32,000 nt of DNA from Acaryochloris thomasi RCC1774 (lineage in GTDB: Bacteria; Cyanobacteriota; Cyanobacteriia; Thermosynechococcales; Thermosynechococcaceae), in contig NZ_PQWO01000012.1 of NCBI RefSeq assembly GCF_003231495.1, positions 30,001-62,000 on the forward strand, read 5' to 3'. The notes beneath the pieces were generated by a model, which saw only the letters and a list, made by a program, of their open reading frames with translations, was not told where the DNA came from and searched no databases. Made by a program: the position numbers and the translations under genes. Below, one piece after another: positions 31,924 to 32,000 of the stretch. Within the stretch, counting starts at the first letter, position 1, and the number at the start of each line of letters is the position of its first letter.

Positions 31924-32000
31924 TTTCCTTATCTAGAAATATAGAGGTCATTGAATAGAGTGATAGGTGCCCCCATTCGTTGTCTTGCTGAAGCATTGCC

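Noticed and set aside
1-32000. Window-wide scan for CRISPR arrays, IS elements/transposases, integrases, and rRNA or tRNA genes
   Set aside because: I saw no regularly spaced direct repeats, no DDE or tyrosine-recombinase-like ORFs, and no rRNA- or tRNA-like sequence. The only tandem repetition is the in-frame coding repeat at 24394-24666.

Overview
This window is chromosomal DNA from a beta-cyanobacterium. By eye I count about 25 copies of the HIP1 octamer GCGATCGC. It also carries a CcaA/IcfA-type carboxysomal beta-carbonic anhydrase, a Uma2 endonuclease and a large pentapeptide-repeat protein. I can support about 26 protein-coding genes. I saw no rRNA, tRNA, CRISPR array, transposase or integrase. 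All product calls rest on motifs I recognise in the translations, because no database search was possible.

Gene content, left to right:
- mreB (5' partial), a PAP2 phosphatase, and a CPA2 cation/H+ antiporter with a tandem USP tail.
- A YcaQ-type DNA glycosylase and ychJ.
- A low-GC islet at about 6.1-8.0 kb: two unknown genes plus higBA.
- A four-gene beta-oxidation operon: acyl-CoA synthetase, FadN-type dehydrogenase/hydratase, thiolase, and FadE-type dehydrogenase.
- An unannotated 49-aa ribbon-helix-helix gene, a DUF2993 protein and a GST.
- A ClC channel with CBS and tandem USP domains, followed by a dihaem cytochrome c.
- An operon of ccaA and an HTH/GrpE-like fusion gene.
- A pentapeptide-repeat membrane protein with a 91-residue Gly/Ala/Val run encoded by cryptic hexanucleotide repeats.
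- Uma2, a thioredoxin-like protein that has lost its CxxC motif, and a divergent transketolase.
- An ASCH protein, an HSL-type esterase and an OsmC protein.

Most noteworthy:
1. The complete fad operon, in a phylum whose model members lack beta-oxidation.
2. A 32-aa insertion that splits the phosphate-binding motif of the operon's adenylating enzyme.
3. The AT-rich islet linked to the toxin-antitoxin pair, whose genes I cannot assign to any family.
4. The repeat-encoded G/A/V segment of the pentapeptide protein.
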